A stretch of DNA of 64,000 bases from Candidatus Heimdallarchaeum aukensis (GCA_021513695.1 CP084166.1:1440001-1504000); one strand, 5' to 3'; shown: positions 9,660 through 19,238, counted from the stretch's first letter. Notes: generated by a model from the sequence alone, not told the origin. Numbers and translations are program-made.

Positions 9660-9754
9660 CTAAATAGCTAAAATTTCTAATGCACTAATATATTTTTCCT
9701 AGTCTATCATAAGAAAAAGTTCAAAAACGCTATTAAAAACGCTAACATGTAAGA

Positions 9755-10231
9755 ATGAAAAGGCAGTTTAGATTTCCGGAAGCTCTCCTCTATCAATCGA
9801 CCTATGTTTGGATAAAAGATATAGGAAGAGGTGTTTACGCAATAGGGATTACAGATTATGCACAATATTTGTTAGATGACATTGTCACAATTTCATTACC
9901 TGTTGATGACTATGTAGAACAAGGTGATGAACTAATTTCCATTGAATCTATTTACGAAACAATTGAAATTGAAAGTCCGTTCACAGGTAAGATTGTAGAA
10001 ATAAATGACGATGTAAAAGATAATCCTGAGCTCTTAAATGAAGACGCCTTTGGTTCATGGATCTTAAAAATTGAAATTAGCGATGAAGAAGAATTAGATG
10101 ATTTATATACAGCTGATGAAGTTTTTGATCTATTTCAAGAAGAACTGGAAGAACAAGGGGATGAAGAATTAACAAAAGAATTTGGTGCCTTTGTACAATT
10201 TAACGACGACAATGAAGATGGATGGGTCTAA
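9755..10231 (+). CDS. glycine-cleavage H-protein-like protein lacking the lipoyl-lysine, with an acidic C-terminal tail
   Basis: It aligns along its length with GcvH (YVWIK...YAIGITDYAQ...ESPFTGKIVEINDDVKDNPELLNEDAFGSWILKIE). The ESVKA lipoylation site reads ESIYE. Confidence 0.75.
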   Translation: MKRQFRFPEALLYQSTYVWIKDIGRGVYAIGITDYAQYLLDDIVTISLPVDDYVEQGDELISIESIYETIEIESPFTGKIVEINDDVKDNPELLNEDAFGSWILKIEISDEEELDDLYTADEVFDLFQEELEEQGDEELTKEFGAFVQFNDDNEDGWV

Positions 10232-10412
10232 TTTACTTCTTTTAAAAAAAGAAACCAAAGATTTTTATATTAAACTTTTTGTTGAGTTGTAGATAATAAT
10301 AGAGGACTTGATGCCTTGGAATTTCGATAGCACTATTATGGAAATCTGAATTAATTGTAAATTCTAGTAGAACAATTTTAAAAGTCCTTAACTATTTTGG
10401 AGTGTTAGGAGT

Positions 10413-11900
10413 ATGAACAACGATAAGGAATCTATTTTTTTACCACCAGAAGCTATTTTGATTTACAAAATAATTAGCGAAAAAAAGGAACTAGAAATCA
10501 ATGAACTTGAGAACATTTCAAAACTTTCTAGAGGAAAAATTGAATACAACCTTCCTTTTTTGCAAAAACACGATCTATTGGACAGAAAAGAGAGAATAAA
10601 CAAATACTGTTCTTTAACAAAGGAAGGAGAAGAAGCAGAGAAAAATCAATTGATTGAAAGAAGAATATACAACTTAATTAAAGAGAAAAAGAAAGTATCC
10701 TTTGCTCAACTTGGAGATTTTATTAAAGCAGACAAAAAAGAATTGAATGCAGGAGTAGGTTTACTACGAAAACTTGATGCCATCACAATTGAAAAAGGAG
10801 AAATAAGTATAAAACTGCCAGAAAAAGATATTAACCTTGAATTACAACAATATCTCACTAAAATAAAAAAAGAGAAAGTGAGTTATTCAGATAAAATTTC
10901 TCCCCTTGTTAAAAGAGGATTAGTTAATGTAATTGAGGAGAAACAATCATTTTTGATTATAAAAGTTCCTTATTCAAAAATAAAGTCCAGAATTAAAGAA
11001 TTAATTGAAGTAGGAAGATTGTCTTCAAATATGTTAAGAGATGGAAGTTGGAGAAAAACTCAATTGAAGGCATATAACCTAAAAGGGCAACCCCCCACTT
11101 ATTTTGTTGGGAGAAAACAACCTTATGCAAGATTCATTGATACTGTTAAACAGAAACTTGTTGCTTTGGGTTTTCAGGAGATGAGAGGGCCTATAGTAGA
11201 ACTAGAATTCTGGAATTTCGATGCCTTATTCCAAGCTCAAGATCACCCAGCTAGGGAGTGGTCAGATGTTTATAGAGTTTCAAACCCTAAACACGGTAAG
11301 CTTCCTAAAGAAGAATATGTTACTAATGTTCAGCAAGCTCATGAAAATGGGTATAATACAGGAAGTAAAGGTTGGAGATACAAATGGGACCCTAAAAAAA
11401 GCTCAAGACTGGTTTTACGAGCACAAGGCACTTCTGTCAGCGCTCGAACTCTAGTAGGTTTGAAAATTCCCTCAAAATACTTTAGCATTTCTCGATGTTA
11501 CAGACCAGATACTGTTGATGCTACTCATCTTTCTGAATTTAACCAAGTTGAAGGTATTGTAGTTGATCCTTCTATAACTTTCAGAGATCTTTTAGGAATA
11601 CTAGAAACGTTTGCCCTAGATGTTGCTGGAGCAGAAGAATGTACATTTAAGCCCGATTATTACCCCTTTACTGAACCTTCTGTTGAACTTAGCGTTGTTG
11701 ATCCAAATCTTGGAAGAATAGAATTTGGAGGAGCAGGCATCTTTCGTCCAGAGGTAACCAAACCATTTGGTATAGATGCACCAGTAATAGCTTGGGGTTT
11801 AGGAATTGATAGACTGTTCATGGTTAAGTACGGAATAACAGACATCAGAGAGCTATTTAGTCACAAAATGGAGTGGTTACGTTCCACAAAAATGGTATAG
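10413..11900 (+). CDS. pheS: phenylalanine--tRNA ligase alpha subunit (archaeal/eukaryal type)
   Basis: 495 aa with N-terminal wHTH repeats and a class II core (FQAQDHPARE, RAQGTSVSAR, FNQVEGIVV, GAGIFRPEV, AWGLGIDRL). It lies immediately upstream of pheT. Confidence 0.95.
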   Translation: MNNDKESIFLPPEAILIYKIISEKKELEINELENISKLSRGKIEYNLPFLQKHDLLDRKERINKYCSLTKEGEEAEKNQLIERRIYNLIKEKKKVSFAQLGDFIKADKKELNAGVGLLRKLDAITIEKGEISIKLPEKDINLELQQYLTKIKKEKVSYSDKISPLVKRGLVNVIEEKQSFLIIKVPYSKIKSRIKELIEVGRLSSNMLRDGSWRKTQLKAYNLKGQPPTYFVGRKQPYARFIDTVKQKLVALGFQEMRGPIVELEFWNFDALFQAQDHPAREWSDVYRVSNPKHGKLPKEEYVTNVQQAHENGYNTGSKGWRYKWDPKKSSRLVLRAQGTSVSARTLVGLKIPSKYFSISRCYRPDTVDATHLSEFNQVEGIVVDPSITFRDLLGILETFALDVAGAEECTFKPDYYPFTEPSVELSVVDPNLGRIEFGGAGIFRPEVTKPFGIDAPVIAWGLGIDRLFMVKYGITDIRELFSHKMEWLRSTKMV

Positions 11901-13604
11901 GTGAAAAAGATGGTCACTATAAAAGCAAGTTATACTAAAATGTTAGAAACTCTTGGGAAGAATCTTCCAATAGAAGAATTGGATAGACTACTTTCTTTTG
12001 CCAAATCTGAAATAGACGAATATGTAGAAGAAGAAGATATGCTAGTAATAGATGTAAAAACAAGTAACCGTCCAGATTTATGGATTCCTGAAGGGATGAT
12101 AAGAGAGATAAAAGGCATATGGGGAGAAGAAAAAGGTATTCCAAAGTTAGAACTAAAAGAAAGCGATTATAAAGTTATTGTAGATCCAAAACTATCTAAA
12201 TCCAGACCCTTTATTGCTTGTGCTATTGCAAAAAATGTCACATTAACAGATTATAATATCAAACAACTAATGCAATTATCAGAAAAAATTGATCATTCCT
12301 ATGGAAGGAGAAGAAAAAGATCTTCTATTGGAATGTACAACTTATCCATGATAAAAAGCCCTATTGAATATAAAGTAATTGACAAAAATCACAAATTCAT
12401 TCCTCTTGGTTATACAGAACCACAATATCTAGAAACAATTTTAGAAACTCATGAAAAAGGAAAGGAATTTGGCTACATTGTCAAAGGTTATGGCCATTAT
12501 CCTATTCTTTTATCAGCAGATGGATTAACACTCTCTATGCCTCCAATCATCAACAGCAATGATGTAGGTAGAGTTACAGAAGAGACAACTGATATGTTAA
12601 TTGAAGTAACAGGAACTCACCTTGGTACAGTACATGTCGTCTTAAACATTCTATGCCAAACATTAGGAGATTTAGGAGCAGAATTATATAATGTAACAAT
12701 AGAATACCCAAAAGAGATATTGGATAAAACTATAGTTACACCTACAATAGAATATGAAGAAATTAAAATTAACCTCAAAGAGGTAAACAAATATCTGGGA
12801 ACTAAACTAAAACCGAAAAAGGTGGAGGAGGTATTAAACAAAAGAAGATTTGATGTCAAGAAAATAGAAAAAGACATGATGACAGTACTTATTCCTCCTT
12901 ATAGAACAGACATTTTACATTGGGTTGATATTGCTGAAGAAATCGCAATTGGCTTAGATTACAACAAAATGGGACCTACAAAATGGAAAGTCCTTACAAC
13001 AGGTGGGCTTTTACCTGAAACAGAAAGTGAAAACATTGTAAGAGATATACTTGTTGGAACTGGAGCAATAGAAGTAATAACAAACACCTTAACTGACCCT
13101 GAGATTCTAACAGCAAATGTTAACATTGAAGAAGACAATTTTGTAAAGATTTCAAATCCAGTAAGCAAAAACTATAGTGTTATTCGAAATATGATTTTCC
13201 CAAATTTAATAAATGTACTTTCTAAAAACACTCATGAAACATATCCCCAAATAATCTTCGAAGTAGGAGAAATTGTAAAGTTAGAAGAAGGAAGAACTTG
13301 GACACAAACAAACGCAGCTTATATGCTAGCGGACACAGAAACAAGCTTTGAAGATGCCCACAAGGTCCTAGATCAAATGATGAAATTACTAGAAACTGAT
13401 TATAACCTCATAGAGACTGAACATCCATCGTTTATTAGGGGCAGATGCGCAGAAATACAAGTTAATGGCAAAACTTGCGGGATCATTGGAGAGGTTAATC
13501 CAGAGGTTTTAGAAAAAAACCAGATATGGATGCCTACAGTAGGTTTTGAAATAGAATTACCATTAATTCCCTCTTTAGAATGTAAAAAGAAGTATACTTA
13601 TTGA
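11901..13604 (+). CDS. pheT: phenylalanine--tRNA ligase beta subunit (archaeal type)
   Basis: 567 aa beginning directly after the pheS stop (GTG at 11901; alternative ATG at 11910). It has B3/4- and B5-like regions (RPDLW, IGMYNL, PPIINS, LIPPYRTDILHWVDIAEEIAI). Confidence 0.9.
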   Translation: MKKMVTIKASYTKMLETLGKNLPIEELDRLLSFAKSEIDEYVEEEDMLVIDVKTSNRPDLWIPEGMIREIKGIWGEEKGIPKLELKESDYKVIVDPKLSKSRPFIACAIAKNVTLTDYNIKQLMQLSEKIDHSYGRRRKRSSIGMYNLSMIKSPIEYKVIDKNHKFIPLGYTEPQYLETILETHEKGKEFGYIVKGYGHYPILLSADGLTLSMPPIINSNDVGRVTEETTDMLIEVTGTHLGTVHVVLNILCQTLGDLGAELYNVTIEYPKEILDKTIVTPTIEYEEIKINLKEVNKYLGTKLKPKKVEEVLNKRRFDVKKIEKDMMTVLIPPYRTDILHWVDIAEEIAIGLDYNKMGPTKWKVLTTGGLLPETESENIVRDILVGTGAIEVITNTLTDPEILTANVNIEEDNFVKISNPVSKNYSVIRNMIFPNLINVLSKNTHETYPQIIFEVGEIVKLEEGRTWTQTNAAYMLADTETSFEDAHKVLDQMMKLLETDYNLIETEHPSFIRGRCAEIQVNGKTCGIIGEVNPEVLEKNQIWMPTVGFEIELPLIPSLECKKKYTY

Positions 13605-14534
13605 TCATTTCTCTTCTTTCTTTTTGTTTTCATTTTTTATAATTAACAAAATACGTTCCCATATAGAGTCTAGCAATGAGTGAATAACTCTTTGTTGATC
13701 TTGTGTTTCAATAATAGAGATTCGATGTCTATTTGCTTCTTCAACTAGATATCTCTGAATAGTTCGTATTTCCTCAAAAGCATTAATATATCGTTCTGCG
13801 TTTCTTTCTACAACTTTTAACCCCCTCCTCTTGAAACGTTCAAGATGCTCATGCTCATCTTTTAAGTGGAGAAGAAAAAGCATTACATGAGGTTGGGTTA
13901 TTGTTTCTGTTTTAAACAAGTTAGGAGATAAATGGACACCTTCAATAATTGTATTTTCTCTAGAATACATAGCCGATTCAATGATAGCCTCAACACCCAC
14001 AATGACTAATCTACTTTGTTCTTCAAACCCAACAATACTTCTATCTAAAATTGGGTTTATTTCAGGTTTTAAGTACTTATAAGCTTCATATGAGCTCCCA
14101 TATAACTCTGGGACTAGTTTTTTTGAAATACTTTGCCTTAATATCTCTCTTACCATATCAGTTCCAATAATATTTGTTATTTCTAGCCTTCGGGAGAGCA
14201 ATGAGGCAATTGTGCTTTTTCCTATTCCAGGCACTCCAGCTAATAAGATAATAATTGGTTTATATACTCCCTTTTGCTCAAAAGCAATGTATCTCTTAGC
14301 ATATAAAGGATTAAATTTTTCGAGATTATCAATAATTATCTGAGAAAAAGCTTCTTGAGAGAGTGTTTTGTCTGTTTTTCCTACTTGTAATTCGATTTGG
14401 GTTGCTAGTTCATAAGCATTAATTTCATCTAAGCCTATAGCATAAAAAGTACGAGAAAGAATACCCTTAGAAAAAATAGTTTTTCTTCCTGATTTTGTCC
14501 TAAATTTAATAAAGTTAGATGAAGGTTTACTCAT
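13605..14534 (-). CDS. 2-phosphoglycerate kinase family protein
   Basis: N-terminal ATP-cone-like region (FSKGILSRTFYAIGLDEINAYELATQIE). It also has the P-loop AGVPGIGKST and IIEGVHL, the pattern of archaeal 2PGK (COG2074-type). Confidence 0.8.
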   Translation of the reverse strand: MSKPSSNFIKFRTKSGRKTIFSKGILSRTFYAIGLDEINAYELATQIELQVGKTDKTLSQEAFSQIIIDNLEKFNPLYAKRYIAFEQKGVYKPIIILLAGVPGIGKSTIASLLSRRLEITNIIGTDMVREILRQSISKKLVPELYGSSYEAYKYLKPEINPILDRSIVGFEEQSRLVIVGVEAIIESAMYSRENTIIEGVHLSPNLFKTETITQPHVMLFLLHLKDEHEHLERFKRRGLKVVERNAERYINAFEEIRTIQRYLVEEANRHRISIIETQDQQRVIHSLLDSIWERILLIIKNENKKKEEK

Positions 14535-14677
14535 TGATAATCTTAGGTTTTAAAAGTATAAAAATCTGATGAGAGTTAAATCATTTTATAAAAAATTCCT
14601 AATTTGATAGAAAAACAAAGTAAGTTAGTTAAAACATCAAAACTTTATTATATAAAAAATTTCAATTTTTTTTTAAT

Positions 14678-15568
14678 ATGAACTTTGAATCCCCAATATA
14701 CGTGAAGAGAGAGCAAGCAAGTTATTTATTTAGCAGAGGGATTCTGGCTACAAGACTAGAGGTTATAGGTCTTGAGTTTCAACAAGCTTATGAATTATCT
14801 AACAAGATATATCTAAAAATCAAAAAATTATCTGAAAATACAATATCCAAGAATAAATTAGATGAATTTGTTTATGATTCAATTAAAGAAAAATATTCTG
14901 AAAAACTAGCTGAAGAATACTTAACAATCGAAAAATTAAGAGATACAAATATACCTTTGTGGATTGTTATTGCAGGAGCTATTGGAGTGGGAAAAAGTAC
15001 ATTATCAAGGAAAATCGCTTCAGACTTTGGGATTAGGCATGTAATTGGAACAGACATAGTAAGAGATATTTTAAGAAAAACACTATCTAAAGATATTGCT
15101 CCACAGCTGCATTCTCCTTCATATTTAGCTTATAAAACATTAAGACCAATTTATAGTACACGTTACGATGAAGTGATTATTGGTTATGAAAATCATTCAA
15201 AATATGTTAATATTGGAATCGAAGCTCTGTTAAATAGAGCTGCAATGGAAAACATTTCAATAATTATTGAAGGAGAACATTTACTGCCTTCTTTTTTTGA
15301 CAAAGAAACAATAAAAATTTCAAATTTAATCTACATCACTATCTCTTTAGAAAATGAAAAGATGCATTTAGAAAATTTAAGTTCACAGTATTCTAGAGAA
15401 AAAGAAGAGCTAATTAAAAACTTTAAAAATATTCGGAAAATTCATGATTTCCTTGTCCACGAAACAAAAATCAGAAAGTTACCTGTTATCGAAGCTAAAG
15501 ATAAAGATGTGGTACTTGCAAATGTGAGAAAATATATTATTGAAAAAGCTAAAAAGATAGTTTTCTGA
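14678..15568 (+). CDS. 2-phosphoglycerate kinase family protein (paralogue, divergently transcribed)
   Basis: Same architecture as 13605..14534 (FSRGILATRLEVIGLEFQQAYELSNKI, the P-loop AGAIGVGKST, and IIEGEHL). Confidence 0.8.
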   Translation: MNFESPIYVKREQASYLFSRGILATRLEVIGLEFQQAYELSNKIYLKIKKLSENTISKNKLDEFVYDSIKEKYSEKLAEEYLTIEKLRDTNIPLWIVIAGAIGVGKSTLSRKIASDFGIRHVIGTDIVRDILRKTLSKDIAPQLHSPSYLAYKTLRPIYSTRYDEVIIGYENHSKYVNIGIEALLNRAAMENISIIIEGEHLLPSFFDKETIKISNLIYITISLENEKMHLENLSSQYSREKEELIKNFKNIRKIHDFLVHETKIRKLPVIEAKDKDVVLANVRKYIIEKAKKIVF

Positions 15569-15613
15569 CTTAAATGACATATAGTTAAAACACTAAAATT
15601 GAATATCTGAGTA

Positions 15614-16468
15614 GTGAAACAAATGCTAACAGAACAAGTTTGTTTAGAATGTATAAAGAAAACTGCTGATAGAGCAATTGATAGGCTAAAAAAAAATGAA
15701 ATTCGAAAGGAAAACATCCTAAACAGTATTAACCTATTTTTAGACAAAGTTGATAAAAAATATTCTCCAATTGAAATAAACTTTGAAGTCTTCAATTTAA
15801 TAAGCTCGCTTTCAGAAATATATGACCCCTTGAAAGAATTAAAAGAACAAGCAAATCTTAATGCGAATCAAGTTTTACCGTATATAAAAGAAGAAGAGAA
15901 GAAGTCAGAAGATATTTTATTTTCTCTTATTAAAGCTTCAGTCGCAGGAAATATTATAGATTTCTCTATTGATAAAGAAGTAAATTTACTAAGCACCCTA
16001 AAAAAAGTACTAAACAGTAGTTTCGCAATAAACGATTATGATCTATTCCTTGAAAAGTTGCAAATAACAAAAAAGGTTCAACTTTTGACAGATAACGCGG
16101 GTGAAATTATTTTTGATTTAGAATTATTATCTTTTCTGCAAAAAAGATTTAACAAAAAGATAGTGATAATAACAAAACGCTTTCCTTTCTCCAATGACAT
16201 TACACTAAAAGAAGTTAAGAGGTTAATTAAGAAAGTAGAATTAAAGGGAAAAATAATTAGCATTAATAATAAAAAGTATCGAAGTTACAAGAAAAAAATA
16301 AAGAAGAAATTAGACAGCAAGGCAGTAGTTATAAGTAAGGGACAAGGTAACTATGAACTTTTATCAGATGAAAAATTGAATATCTTTTTCCTTCTAATGG
16401 TTAAATGCCCAGTTATTGCCAAAAAAATTGTCTGTAATGTTGGAGATGTTGTCTTTTTTCAAAAATAA
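15614..16468 (+). CDS. DUF89 (ARMT1-like) damage-control phosphatase family protein
   Basis: Cys pair near the N-terminus (CLECI). It also has TDNAGEIIFD and the SKGQGNYE motif characteristic of DUF89. The start is GTG at 15614 or ATG at 15623. Confidence 0.7.
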   Translation: MKQMLTEQVCLECIKKTADRAIDRLKKNEIRKENILNSINLFLDKVDKKYSPIEINFEVFNLISSLSEIYDPLKELKEQANLNANQVLPYIKEEEKKSEDILFSLIKASVAGNIIDFSIDKEVNLLSTLKKVLNSSFAINDYDLFLEKLQITKKVQLLTDNAGEIIFDLELLSFLQKRFNKKIVIITKRFPFSNDITLKEVKRLIKKVELKGKIISINNKKYRSYKKKIKKKLDSKAVVISKGQGNYELLSDEKLNIFFLLMVKCPVIAKKIVCNVGDVVFFQK

Positions 16469-16525
16469 TCTCATAGCGCCAAACTATTAAAAAATAATAT
16501 AAATAAGCTAATTTTAATCGAAACA

Positions 16526-17458
16526 ATGGGATATCTATTTATTGTAAACCCTCACTCAAGAAATGATGAAGTCAAAAAGAGATGGCCAATAATAGAAGAT
16601 GAAATTAAAAAAAGAAACTTGGATTATCAAGTAGAATTTACAAAAGGAAGAAGACACGCAACTGAAATAACAAAGGAGCACATAAATGATTTTGACGTTT
16701 TTGTTTCTTGTGGAGGAGATGGAACAGTTAATGAGGTTGTGAATGGTCTAGCTGAAACAAATAAAGTTCTTGGAATGTTACCTTTAGGAAATGGAAATGA
16801 TTACGCTAACTTACTTCACGTTAGGGGTTCATATGTTCAGACCCTTAATATTCTTGAAGAGAACAAAATAGCAGAGTTAAGCCTGGGGGTAGCCACAGCA
16901 GATACAAAACACTATTTTGTTAATATAGCTGAAACAGGAATTACATCAATTATTGCTAAAGCATCATATACAGAATTAAAATGGATAAAAGGATTACCTA
17001 AATATTATATTCTCGGATTGAAGAAAATTTCTAGCTACAAATCTGTCCCAGCTTATATAAAAGTTGACGATTATGAAAGAAAAACTAAACTGATTCTTTG
17101 TGCTGTAGGTCTTGGTTACCGTTTTGGGGGAGGATTTAATGTTTTACCTGGAAATCAACCATATTTTGGTGATTTTCAAGTTTGTATTGCCGGAGATGTT
17201 CCTAAAATAAAATGGTATTGGATGATCAACAAAATAAAAAATGGAACACATGGAAATATTAAAGGTGTAGATATTATAAGAGGTAAGAAAATTGAAATAG
17301 AAACTGAAACACCATTACCTATAGAAGGAGAAGGAGAGGTGTTCAGTGAAAATTCAACCACAGCAAAATTTGAGTTATCACAATCAAAGTTAAAAATCAT
17401 TGTTGGAAAAGAATTCTTAAAAAATAAAATTGAATTCGAAACAAGAAATAAAAAATAA
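16526..17458 (+). CDS. diacylglycerol-kinase-family lipid kinase (YegS/DAGK catalytic domain)
   Basis: 310 aa with VNPHSRN, VSCGGDGTVNEVVNGL and LPLGNGNDYA motifs. Confidence 0.85.
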   Translation: MGYLFIVNPHSRNDEVKKRWPIIEDEIKKRNLDYQVEFTKGRRHATEITKEHINDFDVFVSCGGDGTVNEVVNGLAETNKVLGMLPLGNGNDYANLLHVRGSYVQTLNILEENKIAELSLGVATADTKHYFVNIAETGITSIIAKASYTELKWIKGLPKYYILGLKKISSYKSVPAYIKVDDYERKTKLILCAVGLGYRFGGGFNVLPGNQPYFGDFQVCIAGDVPKIKWYWMINKIKNGTHGNIKGVDIIRGKKIEIETETPLPIEGEGEVFSENSTTAKFELSQSKLKIIVGKEFLKNKIEFETRNKK

Positions 17459-17545
17459 AAATATTCAACGATTTTGATTTTTAACAAAGTTTATTTTTCT
17501 AAAATCCCTTAATATTATCAACAACGATACTCTGAGGAAAATTTA

Positions 17546-17998
17546 ATGCACAAGGGGTTTATAACTAAAGAATTAACCAATGATGAAATAAGTCACAAAA
17601 AAATATTCATTAAAGTAGAAGACAGAATTTTGTTTCCTCATGGTATTTTTTTTATTGACTACCTAGACAATTCCTTTGGAGTTTATTTATCCAATAGAGG
17701 ATTTTTAGAAGGATTAGAATCATGGTTTGAAGAATTTCCTTCTTTAAAGAAGGGAGACATTGTTATTATCGCTAAACATAGCTCGGGCTTTTCTTTGAAC
17801 ACAACCTCACCAGTTGTTCAGTCTCAGATTTCTTTGATAATGGAAATGCAAAGAGTACAAATGTTGACTGAAGAGGATATTCTATGTCCAAACTGTTACT
17901 ACTCCTTAGAAAAAGAAAAACTCCCTGAAGATTCTCCTCACTTATTAAAATTAAAATGTGGGCGTTGTGGATTTATTCTTATAAAAACCAAAATTTAA
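17546..17998 (+). CDS. hypothetical protein: N-terminal beta-rich (B3/AbrB-like?) domain plus C-terminal zinc ribbon
   Basis: 150 aa and a paralogue of 18063..18530. The C-terminus has CPNC...17 aa...CGRCG. Confidence 0.6.
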   Translation: MHKGFITKELTNDEISHKKIFIKVEDRILFPHGIFFIDYLDNSFGVYLSNRGFLEGLESWFEEFPSLKKGDIVIIAKHSSGFSLNTTSPVVQSQISLIMEMQRVQMLTEEDILCPNCYYSLEKEKLPEDSPHLLKLKCGRCGFILIKTKI

Positions 17999-18062
17999 CT
18001 TTTAAAAGAAATTTTAGTAGAAAATTATTTAATCAACATCATATTATTGGATATGTTAAACA

Positions 18063-18530
18063 ATGCATGTTGGATTTATCATCCGAGAATTAACCGAGGA
18101 AGAGATTAACCATAAGTGCTTATATGTTTTTGAAAAAGACAGAATACTTTTTCCTAATACAGGAGTTTTATTTTTTGTTGAATCCTATGAAGAGACATAT
18201 GGAGTAAGAATAGATCAAGATGGATTTCTTAGAGGATTAGAAACATGGTTTACAAAATATCCTCATAATCCTGGCGATACGATAATCATCGCAAAAACTT
18301 CTGAAAGTTTTTCTTTAAGTAGTTCTTCTGAGCTCATTCAACAAATTATTGGAGAATCATATGAAAAAGTTCGTGTTGATGAAATGGATGAGAAATCAGA
18401 AGCATGTCCAAATTGTCAATATCAACTAGAAATGGCAGCTAAAAAAGAAGAACGAATCATTTTCAAGTGTGCACGTTGTGGATTTACAATGGTTAGAAAA
18501 ATAAAAGATAATGAAAATGAAGAAGATTAA
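18063..18530 (+). CDS. hypothetical protein, tandem paralogue of 17546..17998
   Basis: 155 aa, alignable along its whole length with its neighbour (MHxGFIxxELTxxEIxHK, DRILFP, GFLxGLExWF, GDxxIIAK, FSL, CPNC, CxRCGF). Confidence 0.6.
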   Translation: MHVGFIIRELTEEEINHKCLYVFEKDRILFPNTGVLFFVESYEETYGVRIDQDGFLRGLETWFTKYPHNPGDTIIIAKTSESFSLSSSSELIQQIIGESYEKVRVDEMDEKSEACPNCQYQLEMAAKKEERIIFKCARCGFTMVRKIKDNENEED

Positions 18531-18540
18531 GTTTTTTATT

Positions 18541-18819
18541 TTAGGTGTAAAAAAACAGTGCACTCCCGATAACTCCTAAAATAAGAATTAAGAAAACTGA
18601 AGTAATAAAGACATTCTTTGCTTTTTCTATTTTCAAGCATCTAGAACATAATAAAAGTTTAACATTTTGCGGCTTTTGAGGAGAAAACATTGCTGAAATA
18701 GCATTTGTTTTCCAATATTCATTAGTGCATGAAGTGCAAATAGGCTTATAACATCTATTACATCTTGTCTCGGCATTGACCTCAGTGTGAATATAACATT
18801 TTTCTTCCATCATTATCAA
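18541..18819 (-). CDS. small membrane-anchored zinc-finger (B-box-like) protein
   Basis: 92 aa. It has CYIHTEVNAETRCNRCYKPICTSC plus a second CSRC, and a C-terminal hydrophobic helix (FITSVFLILILGVIGSALFF). Confidence 0.45.
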   Translation of the reverse strand: MIMMEEKCYIHTEVNAETRCNRCYKPICTSCTNEYWKTNAISAMFSPQKPQNVKLLLCSRCLKIEKAKNVFITSVFLILILGVIGSALFFYT

Positions 18820-18999
18820 CCAAGTTATTAAAGCCTCAGAAAAAGTCGTTTCATCATTGTTCAGTTCGTTGCAACTTCATCATAGGCATGTGAATTTTTT
18901 CCATAGTTTTAAAACCGTTTCTCTTCTACTCATTTTAAACACTAAATGAAATTGGATCTGTGAATACAGTCTATGAAACTACATAACAAAAACAAGTTT

Positions 19000-19074
19000 T
19001 GGAGCCCCGGAGGGGAATTGAACCCCTGACCTGCGGATTACGAATCCGACGCTTTACCACTTAGCCACCGAGGC
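19000..19074 (-). tRNA. tRNA-Thr(CGU)
   Basis: The reverse complement folds as a cloverleaf. The acceptor stem is GCCTCGG/CCGGGGC with one G-U pair, and the D arm is GCT..AGC. The anticodon loop is TTCGTAA and the T arm AGGGG-TTCAATT-CCCCT. The discriminator is T and CCA is encoded. Confidence 0.9.
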
Positions 19075-19238
19075 TACGTATTCTTTTCTGAAGGTTTCTT
19101 TGTTTTTGTTCTCTTTTTAATTCTAAAAATTTTTTCATTTATGATACTGTAGGAAAAAACGAGACGATTTATAAGGACTGTAATTTTTTTCATATCATCA
19201 AAGTATTACAACCTCATTTATTTAGACCCATATTATTC

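Noticed and set aside
10307-10352. Possible C/D-box sRNA (ttgatgc ... ctga) in the GcvH-like/pheS spacer
   Set aside because: The C box deviates from RUGAUGA at two positions, and no acceptable D'/C' pair is found at the expected 12-nt guide spacing.
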